DNA of 64,000 bases from Patescibacteria group bacterium. GTDB taxonomy: Bacteria; Patescibacteriota; Minisyncoccia; Phycocordibacterales; UBA9973. A model generated the notes under the pieces. That model saw only the letters and a list, made by a program, of their open reading frames with translations. It was not told where the DNA came from and did no database searches. The stretch is taken from contig JBBTUY010000001.1 of NCBI GenBank assembly GCA_038063515.1, positions 74,972 to 138,971 of the forward strand. The letters are read 5' to 3'. The position numbers and the translations under genes were made by a program. Each line of letters starts with the position of its first letter. Within the stretch, counting starts at the first letter, position 1. Positions 1 through 9,598 of this stretch are shown here, piece after piece.

Positions 1-130
1 AATGGAAGGTCACCATCCTGATATTCATGTGTATTACAACAAAGTTATATTAGAGCTCACTACTCACTCGATAGGCGGTCTATCAGAGAATGATTTTATT
101 CTCGCAGCAAAGATACAGGATTATAGGTAA
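1..130 (+). CDS. pterin-4-alpha-carbinolamine dehydratase (PCD/DCoH family), C-terminal part; 5' end lies outside the window
   Basis: Frame starting at nt 2 reads [42 protein letters not shown] then a stop at 128-130. The HHP(D/E) motif and the ..THS/D.GGL.E.D..LA..ID tail are typical of the PCD C-terminus. Confidence 0.5.
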   Translation, partial: MEGHHPDIHVYYNKVILELTTHSIGGLSENDFILAAKIQDYR

Positions 131-142
131 GTATTTTTTTAG

Positions 143-2722
143 TTATAAATTTTTTAAGAATTTCTCAATTTTCTTTTCGTCTCTTTTTCGCCAGAAGATA
201 TTGTTTTCTAGGCGTTCCAAAACCTGTTCTACGCTACGTTTAGCTCCTGGGGCATCGTGAGTCTTAAAGAATGTTTTGAAAAATTTAAGATGTTTTTCTT
301 CGGCACTATTGCTTATAGCTTTTATCAGTCTTCCTAAAGTATGTCCACCTTCACCATAATCTGATACTAACTTCTTCCAATTATTTTTTACAAAAGTAAT
401 CCAAACATCTCGTCCTTCTGTATTCATTCCTATGCTAGAGATGATACCCACTCTGTCTTGAGTGCGTACATGATCTGAAATAGAGAAAAGAGAAGCAAGT
501 TTTAGTATATTTTTATCTTTAAAGTCACCAAGTGCAGCACCTATACGATTCTTCTCTTCATGTAAGGTTTCTTTTTTATATAAAATAATTAATTTATTGT
601 ATTCTTTTGTCGTACCATATTTTGCAGTTATAGAATAAATTAAACCTCGTATATCAGGAGATACATGCTTACCTTTTTCTATAGCTTGAAAGTTCTTTTT
701 TATTTCTTGTATTACTTTTTGATCTCCTGCATGTGCGAGCTTGGATATGACAAGAGAGCGTAGGAGTGTGTCTGCATGCTTTTCATCCTTAATTTTTTCA
801 AAACCAAGATTTTTAAAAGTAGGGGAGAATAGATCAATTATTATTTTATTTAATTCATTTTGTATTTTTTTATTTTTCCCAAAGATATGTTCAAGTCGAG
901 ATATACCCATAGCTATTTCAAGCCATACTGTGTAGTTGTCCTCATTTTTATATGCAGACATAAATTCCAATGCGTCGGTGGTAGCAATATCACCAGATTC
1001 TGAAAGTGCAAATAAATCTCTTATAATTCCGAGTCTGTCTATGGGCGATAGTGTTTTTTCTTGTACTGGTAGTTCTAATTTTTCTAAAAGATCTTTTGAA
1101 TATGCTGTCCTATAAAAGCCTGTTTCACCGACATTTACTTTAAGGTATGTATCATTGATAAATGTTAGGGGGACTATCCATGTAGGTTTATTTTTTGTTT
1201 TATTTTTTGAAATAGGGCTTGTGAAAAATCTTTTTTGTGAAAAATGTAATTTTCCTTTTTCAGTATTTACTGAAATAACAGGATATCCTGGTTTGGAAGT
1301 CCAATTATGCATCATTTCACTTATTTTTATCTTTGAAACTTTTTCAAAAGCTTCCCACAAGTGAATAGTCTCAGTATTTCTGTAACTATGCTTTTTTAAA
1401 TAATATCGAAGTCCGTCTCTAAAATCTTTTTCACCGAGATGGTTTGCAAGCATGCGTATTACTGATGCTCCTTTTGAATAAGACACCTCATCAAATATTT
1501 CCCCTATTTCATCGGGGTGATGCACTTTCACTTCTATGGGATGAGTGTTTTCTAATCCATCGAGTTTTAAAGCTACACCTATGTCATTTGTAGCAAATTG
1601 TGTCCATATGTCCCATGTTGGAAAAAGCTTGTCTACTGCTAGGTATTCTATATATGAAGCAAAACCTTCGTTTAGCCACAAGTGTGTCCACCATTCCATG
1701 GTGACGAGGTTCCCAAACCATTGATGCGCGAGTTCATGAGCTATCACGAGAGCCACCCATTGCTTATTAGAAAGTGAAGAATGCTCTTCATCTACAAGTA
1801 TCGCACTTTCTCGGTATGTTACGAGACCCCAGTTTTCCATGGCTCCTGAGGCAAAGTCTGGTATGGCGACCATATCGAGAGTATTTAACGGGTATTTTAT
1901 ATTAAAATACTCCTCGTAGAATTCTAAGGTTTTAACTGTTACATTTAATGCAAATTTTGCTTGGTGTTTTTTGCCTGGGGTAGTGTGTACCCGTACAAGC
2001 ACATCATTTTTAGTTTTTGCTTCTAAGTATTCAAAATCTCCGACAATAAAAGCAAGAAGGTAAGTAGACATGATAGGCGTCGGAGCAAATTTTACAATCT
2101 CGTATCCTGCTTCGTGTTCGTCTATTGAAATAGGGAGAGTGTTTGATATAGCATTTTTGCCTTTTGGAACTACAAGAGACACATGAAATACTGCTTTGTG
2201 TGCTGGTTCATCAAAGCAGGGAAATGCTCTACGTGCATCTGTGGCCTCAAATTGTGTGGTAGCCATATGGTGCTCTTTGCCATCTATCTGATACTTACTT
2301 CTATAGAAGCCACGCATCTTGTCATTTAATATTCCTTTAAATACTATATGTAATTTTATTTTACCCTCAAGATATTTTGAGAATTTGAAAATTACATTTT
2401 CACTTTTTTCATTATAAGAGATTTGGGCGAAAACTTTCTCAGTGCCGAGCTTCACACTTGCTGTCTCTATGTCTAGCTCTTTTGAGTGCAGTGTGAGTAT
2501 TTTAGTTTTTTTACTCATAGTGAGTGTTATTGTCTCTACTCCTTCAAATGTAAAATTTTTCAGATCAGGGTGTAGTTGTATATCATATTCCTTCGGTATT
2601 ACGTATTTCGAAAGTCTTATGTTTTGCTTCATTTCTTTTTTCTTTTGCATGAATTTCAGTATATCTTTTTTTGAGAAAAATGCTAATATTAGCTTATGGA
2701 TACTGATATTTACCAAATACAA
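143..2722 (-). CDS. pepN: aminopeptidase N (M1 family zinc metallopeptidase)
   Basis: GAMENWG exopeptidase motif and HELAHQWFGNLVT...WLNEGFA zinc-binding HEXXH-18-E motif. The ORF start at 2722 overlaps scpA; the likely true start is an internal Met near 2650 or 2632. Confidence 0.9.
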   Translation of the reverse strand: MYLVNISIHKLILAFFSKKDILKFMQKKKEMKQNIRLSKYVIPKEYDIQLHPDLKNFTFEGVETITLTMSKKTKILTLHSKELDIETASVKLGTEKVFAQISYNEKSENVIFKFSKYLEGKIKLHIVFKGILNDKMRGFYRSKYQIDGKEHHMATTQFEATDARRAFPCFDEPAHKAVFHVSLVVPKGKNAISNTLPISIDEHEAGYEIVKFAPTPIMSTYLLAFIVGDFEYLEAKTKNDVLVRVHTTPGKKHQAKFALNVTVKTLEFYEEYFNIKYPLNTLDMVAIPDFASGAMENWGLVTYRESAILVDEEHSSLSNKQWVALVIAHELAHQWFGNLVTMEWWTHLWLNEGFASYIEYLAVDKLFPTWDIWTQFATNDIGVALKLDGLENTHPIEVKVHHPDEIGEIFDEVSYSKGASVIRMLANHLGEKDFRDGLRYYLKKHSYRNTETIHLWEAFEKVSKIKISEMMHNWTSKPGYPVISVNTEKGKLHFSQKRFFTSPISKNKTKNKPTWIVPLTFINDTYLKVNVGETGFYRTAYSKDLLEKLELPVQEKTLSPIDRLGIIRDLFALSESGDIATTDALEFMSAYKNEDNYTVWLEIAMGISRLEHIFGKNKKIQNELNKIIIDLFSPTFKNLGFEKIKDEKHADTLLRSLVISKLAHAGDQKVIQEIKKNFQAIEKGKHVSPDIRGLIYSITAKYGTTKEYNKLIILYKKETLHEEKNRIGAALGDFKDKNILKLASLFSISDHVRTQDRVGIISSIGMNTEGRDVWITFVKNNWKKLVSDYGEGGHTLGRLIKAISNSAEEKHLKFFKTFFKTHDAPGAKRSVEQVLERLENNIFWRKRDEKKIEKFLKNL

Positions 2723-3442
2723 ACAGAAGCTTTCAAGGGTCCTTTCGGGCTTCTGCTAGAGCTTGTAGAGAAAAAGAAGCTTTTTATAAATGATGTATCA
2801 TTGGCTTGTGTTACAGAAGATTACTTGAAATATGTAAATAGTTTAACTAATTTAAAAAGTGAAGAAATCTCTAGCTTTATACTGGTAGCCTCAACTCTCA
2901 TTTTGATTAAATCCAAATCTCTTTTACCTAATTTAGATTTAACTACCGAAGAGAAGAGTGACATTTCTTCCCTAGAAGAGAGACTTCGTCTGTACGAACT
3001 TTTCACAAGATTAGGTGTAAATGTAAAAGAGAACTTTGGGCAGAAGATAATATTTGCACCACAAGAGAGAAAAAATAATGCTTTAATTTTCCTACCTGAC
3101 AATCAAATAAGCAAAGACTCAATGATGACCTTTGCTCAAAATGCATTAGGACGAATTCCAAAAAAGGTTTTCTTGCCAGAGGTAGAAGTCAAAAAAGTTA
3201 TAAGCATAGAAGAGATGATAGATAAATTGACCGACAGAATACAGAATTCTATGAAGATGAATTTTCGAGAGTTTAGCGGACATACAGGAGGGGCTGTAAC
3301 TCGAGAGGAAAAGGTTCTTGTTATTGTTGGATTTCTTGCTATGCTTGAACTTGTAAGAAATGGTATATTAAATGCCATACAAGACACCAATAGCTCAGAT
3401 ATTTTAATTGAAAAACAAGAAGTTTTAACAGACAGTGTGTAA
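2696..3442 (+). CDS. scpA: segregation and condensation protein A
   Basis: N-terminus ...FKGPFGLLLELVEKKKL... matches the ScpA family, and the gene is followed directly by scpB. Confidence 0.8.
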   Translation: MDTDIYQIQTEAFKGPFGLLLELVEKKKLFINDVSLACVTEDYLKYVNSLTNLKSEEISSFILVASTLILIKSKSLLPNLDLTTEEKSDISSLEERLRLYELFTRLGVNVKENFGQKIIFAPQERKNNALIFLPDNQISKDSMMTFAQNALGRIPKKVFLPEVEVKKVISIEEMIDKLTDRIQNSMKMNFREFSGHTGGAVTREEKVLVIVGFLAMLELVRNGILNAIQDTNSSDILIEKQEVLTDSV

Positions 3443-3451
3443 AATATATTT

Positions 3452-4006
3452 ATGAACATAGAACAAAAAATAGAAGCAGTACTTTTTTGGAAAGGTGAAC
3501 CAGTGCAAAAGAAAAAGCTTGCAGATATTCTACACATTTCAATAGATGAGATAAATGAAGGCCTTAGTAAATTAAAAGAATCTTTGGCTGGTAGGGGAAT
3601 AGTTTTGCAAGAAAACGGAGATGAAGTAACTCTCGGCACTCCTCCCGAGCTTACAGAGCTTTTTGAAAATTTACAAAAAGAAGAATTAAACAAAGATCTC
3701 TCAAAAGCAAGCTTAGAAACTTTGTCTATTATTCTTTATAAAAATGGAGCGACAAGAGCCGAGATAGACTACATCAGAGGCGTAAATTCAAGTTTTACCC
3801 TGAGAGCACTTTCTATACGTGGACTTGTCGAAAAAGTAGCAGATACTAAAGACAGTAGAAGATTTATATACAAGCCGACTTTTGACTTACTTTCTTTCAT
3901 GGGTGTAGAAAAAGTGGAAGACCTTCCAAACTATGAAGATATAAAAAACGGAGTTGAAACCGCCGCTAAAAATTTAGAAGAGGAGAATAAAGAAATAGAA
4001 AAATAA
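3452..4006 (+). CDS. scpB: segregation and condensation protein B
   Basis: IEAVLFWKGEPVQKKKLADIL... winged-helix ScpB N-terminus; about 180 aa; lies downstream of scpA. Confidence 0.8.
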   Translation: MNIEQKIEAVLFWKGEPVQKKKLADILHISIDEINEGLSKLKESLAGRGIVLQENGDEVTLGTPPELTELFENLQKEELNKDLSKASLETLSIILYKNGATRAEIDYIRGVNSSFTLRALSIRGLVEKVADTKDSRRFIYKPTFDLLSFMGVEKVEDLPNYEDIKNGVETAAKNLEEENKEIEK

Positions 4007-4013
4007 TTCTTTA

Positions 4014-4844
4014 TTATAAACACTCTGGATTAATACTAAGAGCGTATTGATTTACTAGGTCTTGTTCTAATACATACTTATCTCCTATAAATCCGTAGAT
4101 ATCTTCTTTGGTGACGAGTCTTCTGTATTCTTCTGTAAAAGTTTTAGATAGTGGTGTGTAAGACCAGTGCCACCTCTCCTCGTTGTATCCTGTCCTTTTA
4201 TCTATATCTTTATTTCTGTATGTTTGGCAGAAGCCAAAAGTTCCTGCATTTTTTGCAAGCCACTGATATTCTCGGATGCCTTTAATGGAATTGAAATATG
4301 CCAAGTTTGCACCGTTTATATCTATCTCTGTGCCCCAGTGATGTCTCGAAGTTCCAGGTACAGATACATACTCTAAGATTTTCTTAAACCTATTAAAATT
4401 CTCAGTATTTTTTTCGATAGCATCTATCTCTGTATTTGTAGACCATTTACCATTCCAGAATTCTCTTTGATATTCAAAGTTTCTTGTGGCTGAAGATATT
4501 TTAATTTGAACCCCCTCTCTCTGTGCCGCTTCTTGCATTTTGAGATACGCATTTAAAGTTTCTTTTCTTAAATACATTTTACCATTGTTGTAGAGTGAAT
4601 ATTTTTCTGGCACAACAACAAAATCCTCTCTTGTACTTGGATCAAATTTACCCATCAGGTATACTTTCATCTCAGCATCTTTTCGTAGCTGTTCTTGCTT
4701 TATAAGTTCATTTCTCTTTTTTTGTTCTGTTGCAAGTAGGGAAGAGTAGATGATAAGCATTGTGAAGAAAATGACAATACATACAGGCAATGCACATTTC
4801 AAAATATCTTTATCAGTGATTTTTCGTAGTAAATCCATTGCCAA
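4014..4844 (-). CDS. M15 family D-Ala-D-Ala carboxypeptidase-like peptidase (VanY-like), membrane anchored
   Basis: N-terminal TM helix; SxHxxGxAxD-type zinc site (TSRHHWGTEIDIN) characteristic of M15B/VanY peptidases. Confidence 0.65.
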   Translation of the reverse strand: MAMDLLRKITDKDILKCALPVCIVIFFTMLIIYSSLLATEQKKRNELIKQEQLRKDAEMKVYLMGKFDPSTREDFVVVPEKYSLYNNGKMYLRKETLNAYLKMQEAAQREGVQIKISSATRNFEYQREFWNGKWSTNTEIDAIEKNTENFNRFKKILEYVSVPGTSRHHWGTEIDINGANLAYFNSIKGIREYQWLAKNAGTFGFCQTYRNKDIDKRTGYNEERWHWSYTPLSKTFTEEYRRLVTKEDIYGFIGDKYVLEQDLVNQYALSINPECL

Positions 4845-4981
4845 ACAATAGCATATAGAAGGACTTAAATCAAAAAATGTGTTGCTTATTGCAAAAATCT
4901 GTATCCTTATAGGCTTTCTTCATTGACTTTTCATTTTCAACCTATATCATAAGAGCATATTAGAAATATTTTTTTGCAAAA

Positions 4982-7387
4982 ATGATACAAAATAACAAGA
5001 TAAAAGTTGCAGTATTGTGTGGAGGACCTTCTCTTGAGCGAGGGATATCGCTCAATTCTGCTCGTAGTGTCTTAGATCATCTTGGTAGTCAGAATGTAGA
5101 CATCGTGCCTATATATTTTAACGAAAAGAAAAAAGCCTACCTTATATCTCGTTCACAGCTTTACTCTAATACTCCAAGTGATTTTGATTTTAAGTTGGGT
5201 GGTAAAGAAAGAGAGCTTACTGATACTAAGCTTGTTCAAACACTAAGAAATTGTGACATTGTCTTCCCATCTATACACGGAGCATTTGGTGAGGATGGTG
5301 AACTACAATCTTTCTTGGAAAAACACAATATTGATTTTATCGGCTCTTCGTCAAAAGCATGTAAGAAATCTTTTGATAAATACAAAGCAAATAAATACAT
5401 ACGTAGTCTTGGATTTTATACACCGAATTCTATAGTTTTTAAGATAACAGACAGTAAAAAAGATATTAAAAATCAAGTTCAAAATTTCTGGAAAAAAGAG
5501 AAATTAACAAGAGCCGTGGTCAAGCCTGCAAGTGGCGGGTCTAGTGTCGGAGTGTTCTCAGTAGAGAATGTGAGTGATGCCGTAGAAAAGATCGAGAATT
5601 TATTTAGTAAGAGGATGGATACGCGTGTCGTACTCGAGCCTTTTATTGTAGGGCAAGAATTTACAGTGATAATACTTCAAAACAGATTTGACATGCCTGT
5701 GGCGCTCATACCTTCTGAGATCGAAGTTGATTACAGCGAAAACCAGTTTTTTGATTTTCGTAAAAAATACCTACCGACACGCCAAGTGAAGTATTATTGT
5801 CCTCCAAGATTTAATAATGAAATAATTGAAAAAATACAAATAGAGGCCGAACAGCTCTTCTCTGTTTTGGGTATGAGAGATATTGCTCGTTTCGATGGTT
5901 TCTTTTTATCTGATGGAAGTATCTGGTTTTCAGACTTTAACCCTATATCTGGGATGGAACAAAATAGTTTTCTTTTTCAACAATCTTCACGCATAGGATT
6001 TTCACATCAAGATTTCTTTCGTTTTGTGGTGAATAATGCACTCTTGCGACGTGAGATCTCTGTGTCTATTCAAAATATTTTTAAAGATAAGAAGCTCGAC
6101 AAAAATCGTAAAGAAGTCGCTGTTATATTTGGTGGAGAGACTGCCGAGCGACAAGTCTCACTTATGAGTGGCACAAATGTATGGCTAAAACTTCGTGGAT
6201 CTAAGTTATATAAACCAAATCCATATCTACTCACAAAAGATGGAGATCTATGGGAGCTTCCTTATTCATATATTTTAAATCACACAGTAGAAGAGATCGT
6301 AGAGAATGCTGAAAATGCAGAGAAAGATATCAAGCGACTTTTCTTTTTGATCGAGAAAGTTAAGATCAAACTTTTCTTAAACAAGGGTGACACTACTGAA
6401 GAATTTTTCCTACCTAAAAAACACAAACTTCAAGATATTATAAATAAAAATAAATTTATTTTCCTTGCTTTACATGGGGGTGTCGGTGAAGATGGGACAC
6501 TGCAGAAAATTTTAGAAGACAATAAAGTTAAATTTAACGGATCAGATAGCGAGGTCTCAAGATTATGCATGGATAAATGGGAGACAAATGAAAAAATAAA
6601 ACAATTTGAGATAAAAGGTGTAGACGTGGCTTCTCATGCACTTTTTGAGATAAATGATGTGCCGAAGGAATTCGATAAAGATTTAAATGAGACGCACTGG
6701 AGGATGCTCACAGAAAGACTCGGTACAAAGACTATCATCAGCAAACCTCGAGCTGACGGATGCTCTGCGGGAGTGGTGAGACTTTATAATGAAAAAGATC
6801 TAGCTACATATATCTCTCTCGTACAAAATAAAATAGGAGTTGCGAAACCACATACATTTACTAATCAACTACATTCTATAGACATGCCGGAAGGTAGCGT
6901 GCGAGATATAATCTTCGAATCATTTATCGAAACAGATAAATTAAAAGTGCAAAAAGGAAAAATTGTCTACACTCCAAAAAGTGGTTATGTGGAAATGACA
7001 GTCGGGGTATTAGAAGAAGATGGAAAGATAAAATCTCTATCTCCGAGCATAACTGTTGCCGAGGACGCAATACTCTCCGTAGAGGAAAAATTCCAAGGTG
7101 GTACAGGGGTGAATATAACTCCTCCATCAGCTACTCTAGTCTCAACTAAAAATTTAAATAAAATTAAATCATCTATAGAAAAAGTAGCACGAGATATTGG
7201 TATCAAGGGGTATGCAAGGATAGATATATTTGCTCATGTTAAAACAGGGAACATCATAGTGATAGAGATAAACACATTACCAGGTCTTACTCCATCGACT
7301 GTGATATATCATCAAGCACTAGCTGAAGAAAAATCTATTTTTCCGAAAGAGTTTTTAGAAAGAATAATTAAAAACAAAGGTTACTAA
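4982..7387 (+). CDS. ddl: tandem-fused D-alanine--D-alanine ligase (two complete Ddl/ATP-grasp modules in one 801-aa ORF)
   Basis: Module 1 starts KIKVAVLCGGPSLERGISLNSARSV and ends ...ARFDGFFLSDGSIWFSDFNPISGM. Module 2 starts KEVAVIFGGETAERQVSLMSGTNV and ends ...ARIDIFAHVKTGNIIVIEINTLPGLTPSTV. Both have Ddl N- and C-terminal signatures. Confidence 0.85.
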   Translation: MIQNNKIKVAVLCGGPSLERGISLNSARSVLDHLGSQNVDIVPIYFNEKKKAYLISRSQLYSNTPSDFDFKLGGKERELTDTKLVQTLRNCDIVFPSIHGAFGEDGELQSFLEKHNIDFIGSSSKACKKSFDKYKANKYIRSLGFYTPNSIVFKITDSKKDIKNQVQNFWKKEKLTRAVVKPASGGSSVGVFSVENVSDAVEKIENLFSKRMDTRVVLEPFIVGQEFTVIILQNRFDMPVALIPSEIEVDYSENQFFDFRKKYLPTRQVKYYCPPRFNNEIIEKIQIEAEQLFSVLGMRDIARFDGFFLSDGSIWFSDFNPISGMEQNSFLFQQSSRIGFSHQDFFRFVVNNALLRREISVSIQNIFKDKKLDKNRKEVAVIFGGETAERQVSLMSGTNVWLKLRGSKLYKPNPYLLTKDGDLWELPYSYILNHTVEEIVENAENAEKDIKRLFFLIEKVKIKLFLNKGDTTEEFFLPKKHKLQDIINKNKFIFLALHGGVGEDGTLQKILEDNKVKFNGSDSEVSRLCMDKWETNEKIKQFEIKGVDVASHALFEINDVPKEFDKDLNETHWRMLTERLGTKTIISKPRADGCSAGVVRLYNEKDLATYISLVQNKIGVAKPHTFTNQLHSIDMPEGSVRDIIFESFIETDKLKVQKGKIVYTPKSGYVEMTVGVLEEDGKIKSLSPSITVAEDAILSVEEKFQGGTGVNITPPSATLVSTKNLNKIKSSIEKVARDIGIKGYARIDIFAHVKTGNIIVIEINTLPGLTPSTVIYHQALAEEKSIFPKEFLERIIKNKGY

Positions 7388-7388
7388 T

Positions 7389-8564
7389 ATGAAGCTTTCA
7401 CAAGAAGAAAAAACAAAACTACGTACTTGGGTAGAAATAGATAGAGATGCAGTAAAAGCAAATTATAAAACTTTTAAAAATATCGTTGGTGATCGTATTT
7501 TAATGGCTGTGGTCAAATCTAATGCATATGGTTGTGGGCTCGTACTTTTTTCGAAAGAGCTTGTGAAAAATGGGGTAAATTTTTTTGGAGTCGACTCATT
7601 TGATGAAGCACTTGAATTAAGAGATGCAGGAATAAAAGTGAAAATACTTGTGCTCGGATATGTATCACCCCTGTATTATAAAGAAGCAATACAAAAAGAT
7701 ATTTCGCTTACTATATCAAATTTTACAACTTTAGAAGCTCTTCGTAAAATTAAAATAAATAAAAAATTAAATATACACATAAAGGTTGATACGGGTCTCG
7801 GGAGACAAGGCTTTTTTATAAAAGATATAAAGAAAGTTTTAAAAATATTAAAATCAGTTCAGAAAAATGTACAAGTGGAAGGTCTATATAGTCATCTGGC
7901 TATGGGTGAGGATTTGAGTAAAGAGGCACGAGAGTACACAGAGCATCAAGTGAACGAGCTAAATACATGGTACGAAGAATTTATAAAAGAAAAATATAAA
8001 CCTTTAAAACACATTTGTGCATCTGCGGCGACAATGTTCTACCTAGAGTATCATTTTGATATGGTGCGTGTCGGTATTGGTATGTACGGCTTATGGTCTT
8101 CAAAAGAAACAAAATTTGCCATGGAGAAGAAGTATCCGCTCTATCCAGTACTTTCTTGGAAAGCTATCATCACAGAAGTAAAAATTTTTCCAAAAGGTAT
8201 AAGTATTGGCTATGATCTCACAGAGAAATTAAAACGTAACTCAAAATTAGCAATTATTGCTGTTGGTTACTGGCATGGATATCCTCGAGTACTTTCACGA
8301 AAAGGAACTTTTAACGTACAAGGTAAAAAAGTGAAAATAATAGGATCTGTCTGCATGGATATGATAGTTTTAGATGTTACAGGATTGCCAGTAAAAGTCG
8401 GCTCTGAGGTTGCAATTATTGGAGGGGATTATGGGCATTATGCTGAGGTGGACGTCATGGCACAGGATTCTGATACTATAAACTATGAGATAAATACAAG
8501 AATTAACCCTATTATTAAACGCTTTTATCGTATCAACCCTCTGATTAAACGTTTTTTGAAATAG
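7389..8564 (+). CDS. alr: alanine racemase
   Basis: PLP-lysine motif AVVKSNAYGCG near the N-terminus and the C-terminal beta-domain; the start lies 1 nt after the ddl stop. Confidence 0.9.
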   Translation: MKLSQEEKTKLRTWVEIDRDAVKANYKTFKNIVGDRILMAVVKSNAYGCGLVLFSKELVKNGVNFFGVDSFDEALELRDAGIKVKILVLGYVSPLYYKEAIQKDISLTISNFTTLEALRKIKINKKLNIHIKVDTGLGRQGFFIKDIKKVLKILKSVQKNVQVEGLYSHLAMGEDLSKEAREYTEHQVNELNTWYEEFIKEKYKPLKHICASAATMFYLEYHFDMVRVGIGMYGLWSSKETKFAMEKKYPLYPVLSWKAIITEVKIFPKGISIGYDLTEKLKRNSKLAIIAVGYWHGYPRVLSRKGTFNVQGKKVKIIGSVCMDMIVLDVTGLPVKVGSEVAIIGGDYGHYAEVDVMAQDSDTINYEINTRINPIIKRFYRINPLIKRFLK

Positions 8565-8600
8565 CTTGCTTTTTAGTCAATTTTCTGATATTATATAAAT

Positions 8601-8765
8601 ATGTCACAAGATAGACTTATAAAATTTGCTTGCAGTATTTGTAAGCGTATAAACTACTGGTCCAGTAAAAATAAAAAGCTTGTAGTAAAGAAAATTGAGC
8701 TTAAAAAATATTGCAAATGGTGCAAGAAAAAAACTAAGCATAAGGAAGCTAAAATAACTGGTTAA
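8601..8765 (+). CDS. rpmG: 50S ribosomal protein L33
   Basis: 54-aa ORF MSQDRLIKFACSICKRINYWSSKNKKLVVKKIELKKYCKWCKKKTKHKEAKITG with the paired CxxC zinc ribbon and L33 consensus. It is below the 60-aa cutoff of the ORF track. Confidence 0.85.
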   Translation: MSQDRLIKFACSICKRINYWSSKNKKLVVKKIELKKYCKWCKKKTKHKEAKITG

Positions 8766-8779
8766 ATAAATATTTTCAA

Positions 8780-8815
8780 GAAAACCCTCTTAGATAAGAG
8801 GGTTTTCTTTTTGTC
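8780..8815 (+). terminator. rho-independent terminator after rpmG
   Basis: Hairpin aaaaccctctt-agat-aagagggtttt followed by a T-run. Confidence 0.6.
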
Positions 8816-8861
8816 TTTAATATCGTATACTGGTTTAGTAACCTAATATATAGGTTCTTTT

Positions 8862-9518
8862 ATGAAAAAAGATTTAGAAATTAAAACAAAAAAATTAAGA
8901 ATACAAGGGTATTCAATTAAAGAACTTCATAAAATAATAGGAGTTTCTAAAAGTACTATCTCGAGATGGATACAAAATGTTCCACTTTCAGATAAAGCTA
9001 TGCATCGTATACAACAAAATTATACAAATGGTCAATTAGCATCTCAAAAAACGATAAAAGAAAAAACTCGACAGAAAAATCTGGAGGCAGATAATTTTGC
9101 AATTAATATAATTAATAAAGTTAATTTAACTTCAGAGATTTCATTATCTTTATGTGCATTAATATATCAATGCGAAGGTAGTAAAAATATTAAAGAGTCT
9201 ATTACATTTACTAACTCTGATCCTGTTTTAATAAAAACTTTTCTATATTTATTTCGAAATAGTTTTACTATAAATGAAAATAAATTAAAAGTTTTAATGC
9301 ATTTACATGATTATCACAATGAAGAAGAGCAAAAAGAATTTTGGTTTAAAGTCACGAAAATACCTAAAAATCAATTTTACAGAAGTTATTTAAAAAAAAC
9401 TGATCATAAGTATAAAAAAGAAGGATATCAAGGCTGTGTACAAATACGTTATAATGATGTTGTGATAGGTAGAAAAATTAATTCAGTTGCAAAATTATTT
9501 ATGGAAAGGTATAAATAA
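8862..9518 (+). CDS. hypothetical protein with N-terminal HTH; possible single-motif LAGLIDADG-type homing endonuclease
   Basis: HTH segment SIKELHKIIGVSKSTISRWIQN; candidate degenerate LAGLIDADG block LCALIYQCEGSKN and a C-terminal GCVQIRYNDVVIGRKINSV segment; free-standing beside a tRNA. The family assignment is tentative. Confidence 0.35.
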   Translation: MKKDLEIKTKKLRIQGYSIKELHKIIGVSKSTISRWIQNVPLSDKAMHRIQQNYTNGQLASQKTIKEKTRQKNLEADNFAINIINKVNLTSEISLSLCALIYQCEGSKNIKESITFTNSDPVLIKTFLYLFRNSFTINENKLKVLMHLHDYHNEEEQKEFWFKVTKIPKNQFYRSYLKKTDHKYKKEGYQGCVQIRYNDVVIGRKINSVAKLFMERYK

Positions 9519-9524
9519 CATCAT

Positions 9525-9598
9525 GGGCCTATAGTTCAGAGGTAGAATATCTCTCTCCAAAAGAGCAGACCGAGGTTCGATTCCTCGTGGGCCCGCCA
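9525..9598 (+). tRNA. tRNA-Trp (anticodon CCA)
   Basis: Manual fold: acceptor GGGCCTA/TGGGCCC; D-arm GTTC-AGAGGTA-GAAT; anticodon loop CUCCAAA (anticodon CCA); T-arm CGAGG-TTCGATT-CCTCG; discriminator G; CCA encoded. Confidence 0.85.

Noticed and set aside
741-2759. Small plus-strand ORFs (741-935, 1155-1364, 2442-2759) inside pepN
   Set aside because: Antisense to a confidently identified M1 aminopeptidase; low-complexity translations; no signals.
2821-3693. Minus-strand ORFs 2821-3102 and 3136-3693 overlapping scpA and scpB
   Set aside because: Antisense shadows of well-supported genes; Ser/Phe-rich junk translation.
4014-8564. Calling the ddl-ddl/M15/alr region a bona fide vancomycin-resistance (van) operon
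   Set aside because: No vanH dehydrogenase, vanRS two-component system or recognisable VanX dipeptidase was seen. The ligase specificity cannot be read by eye, so only the unusual architecture is reported.
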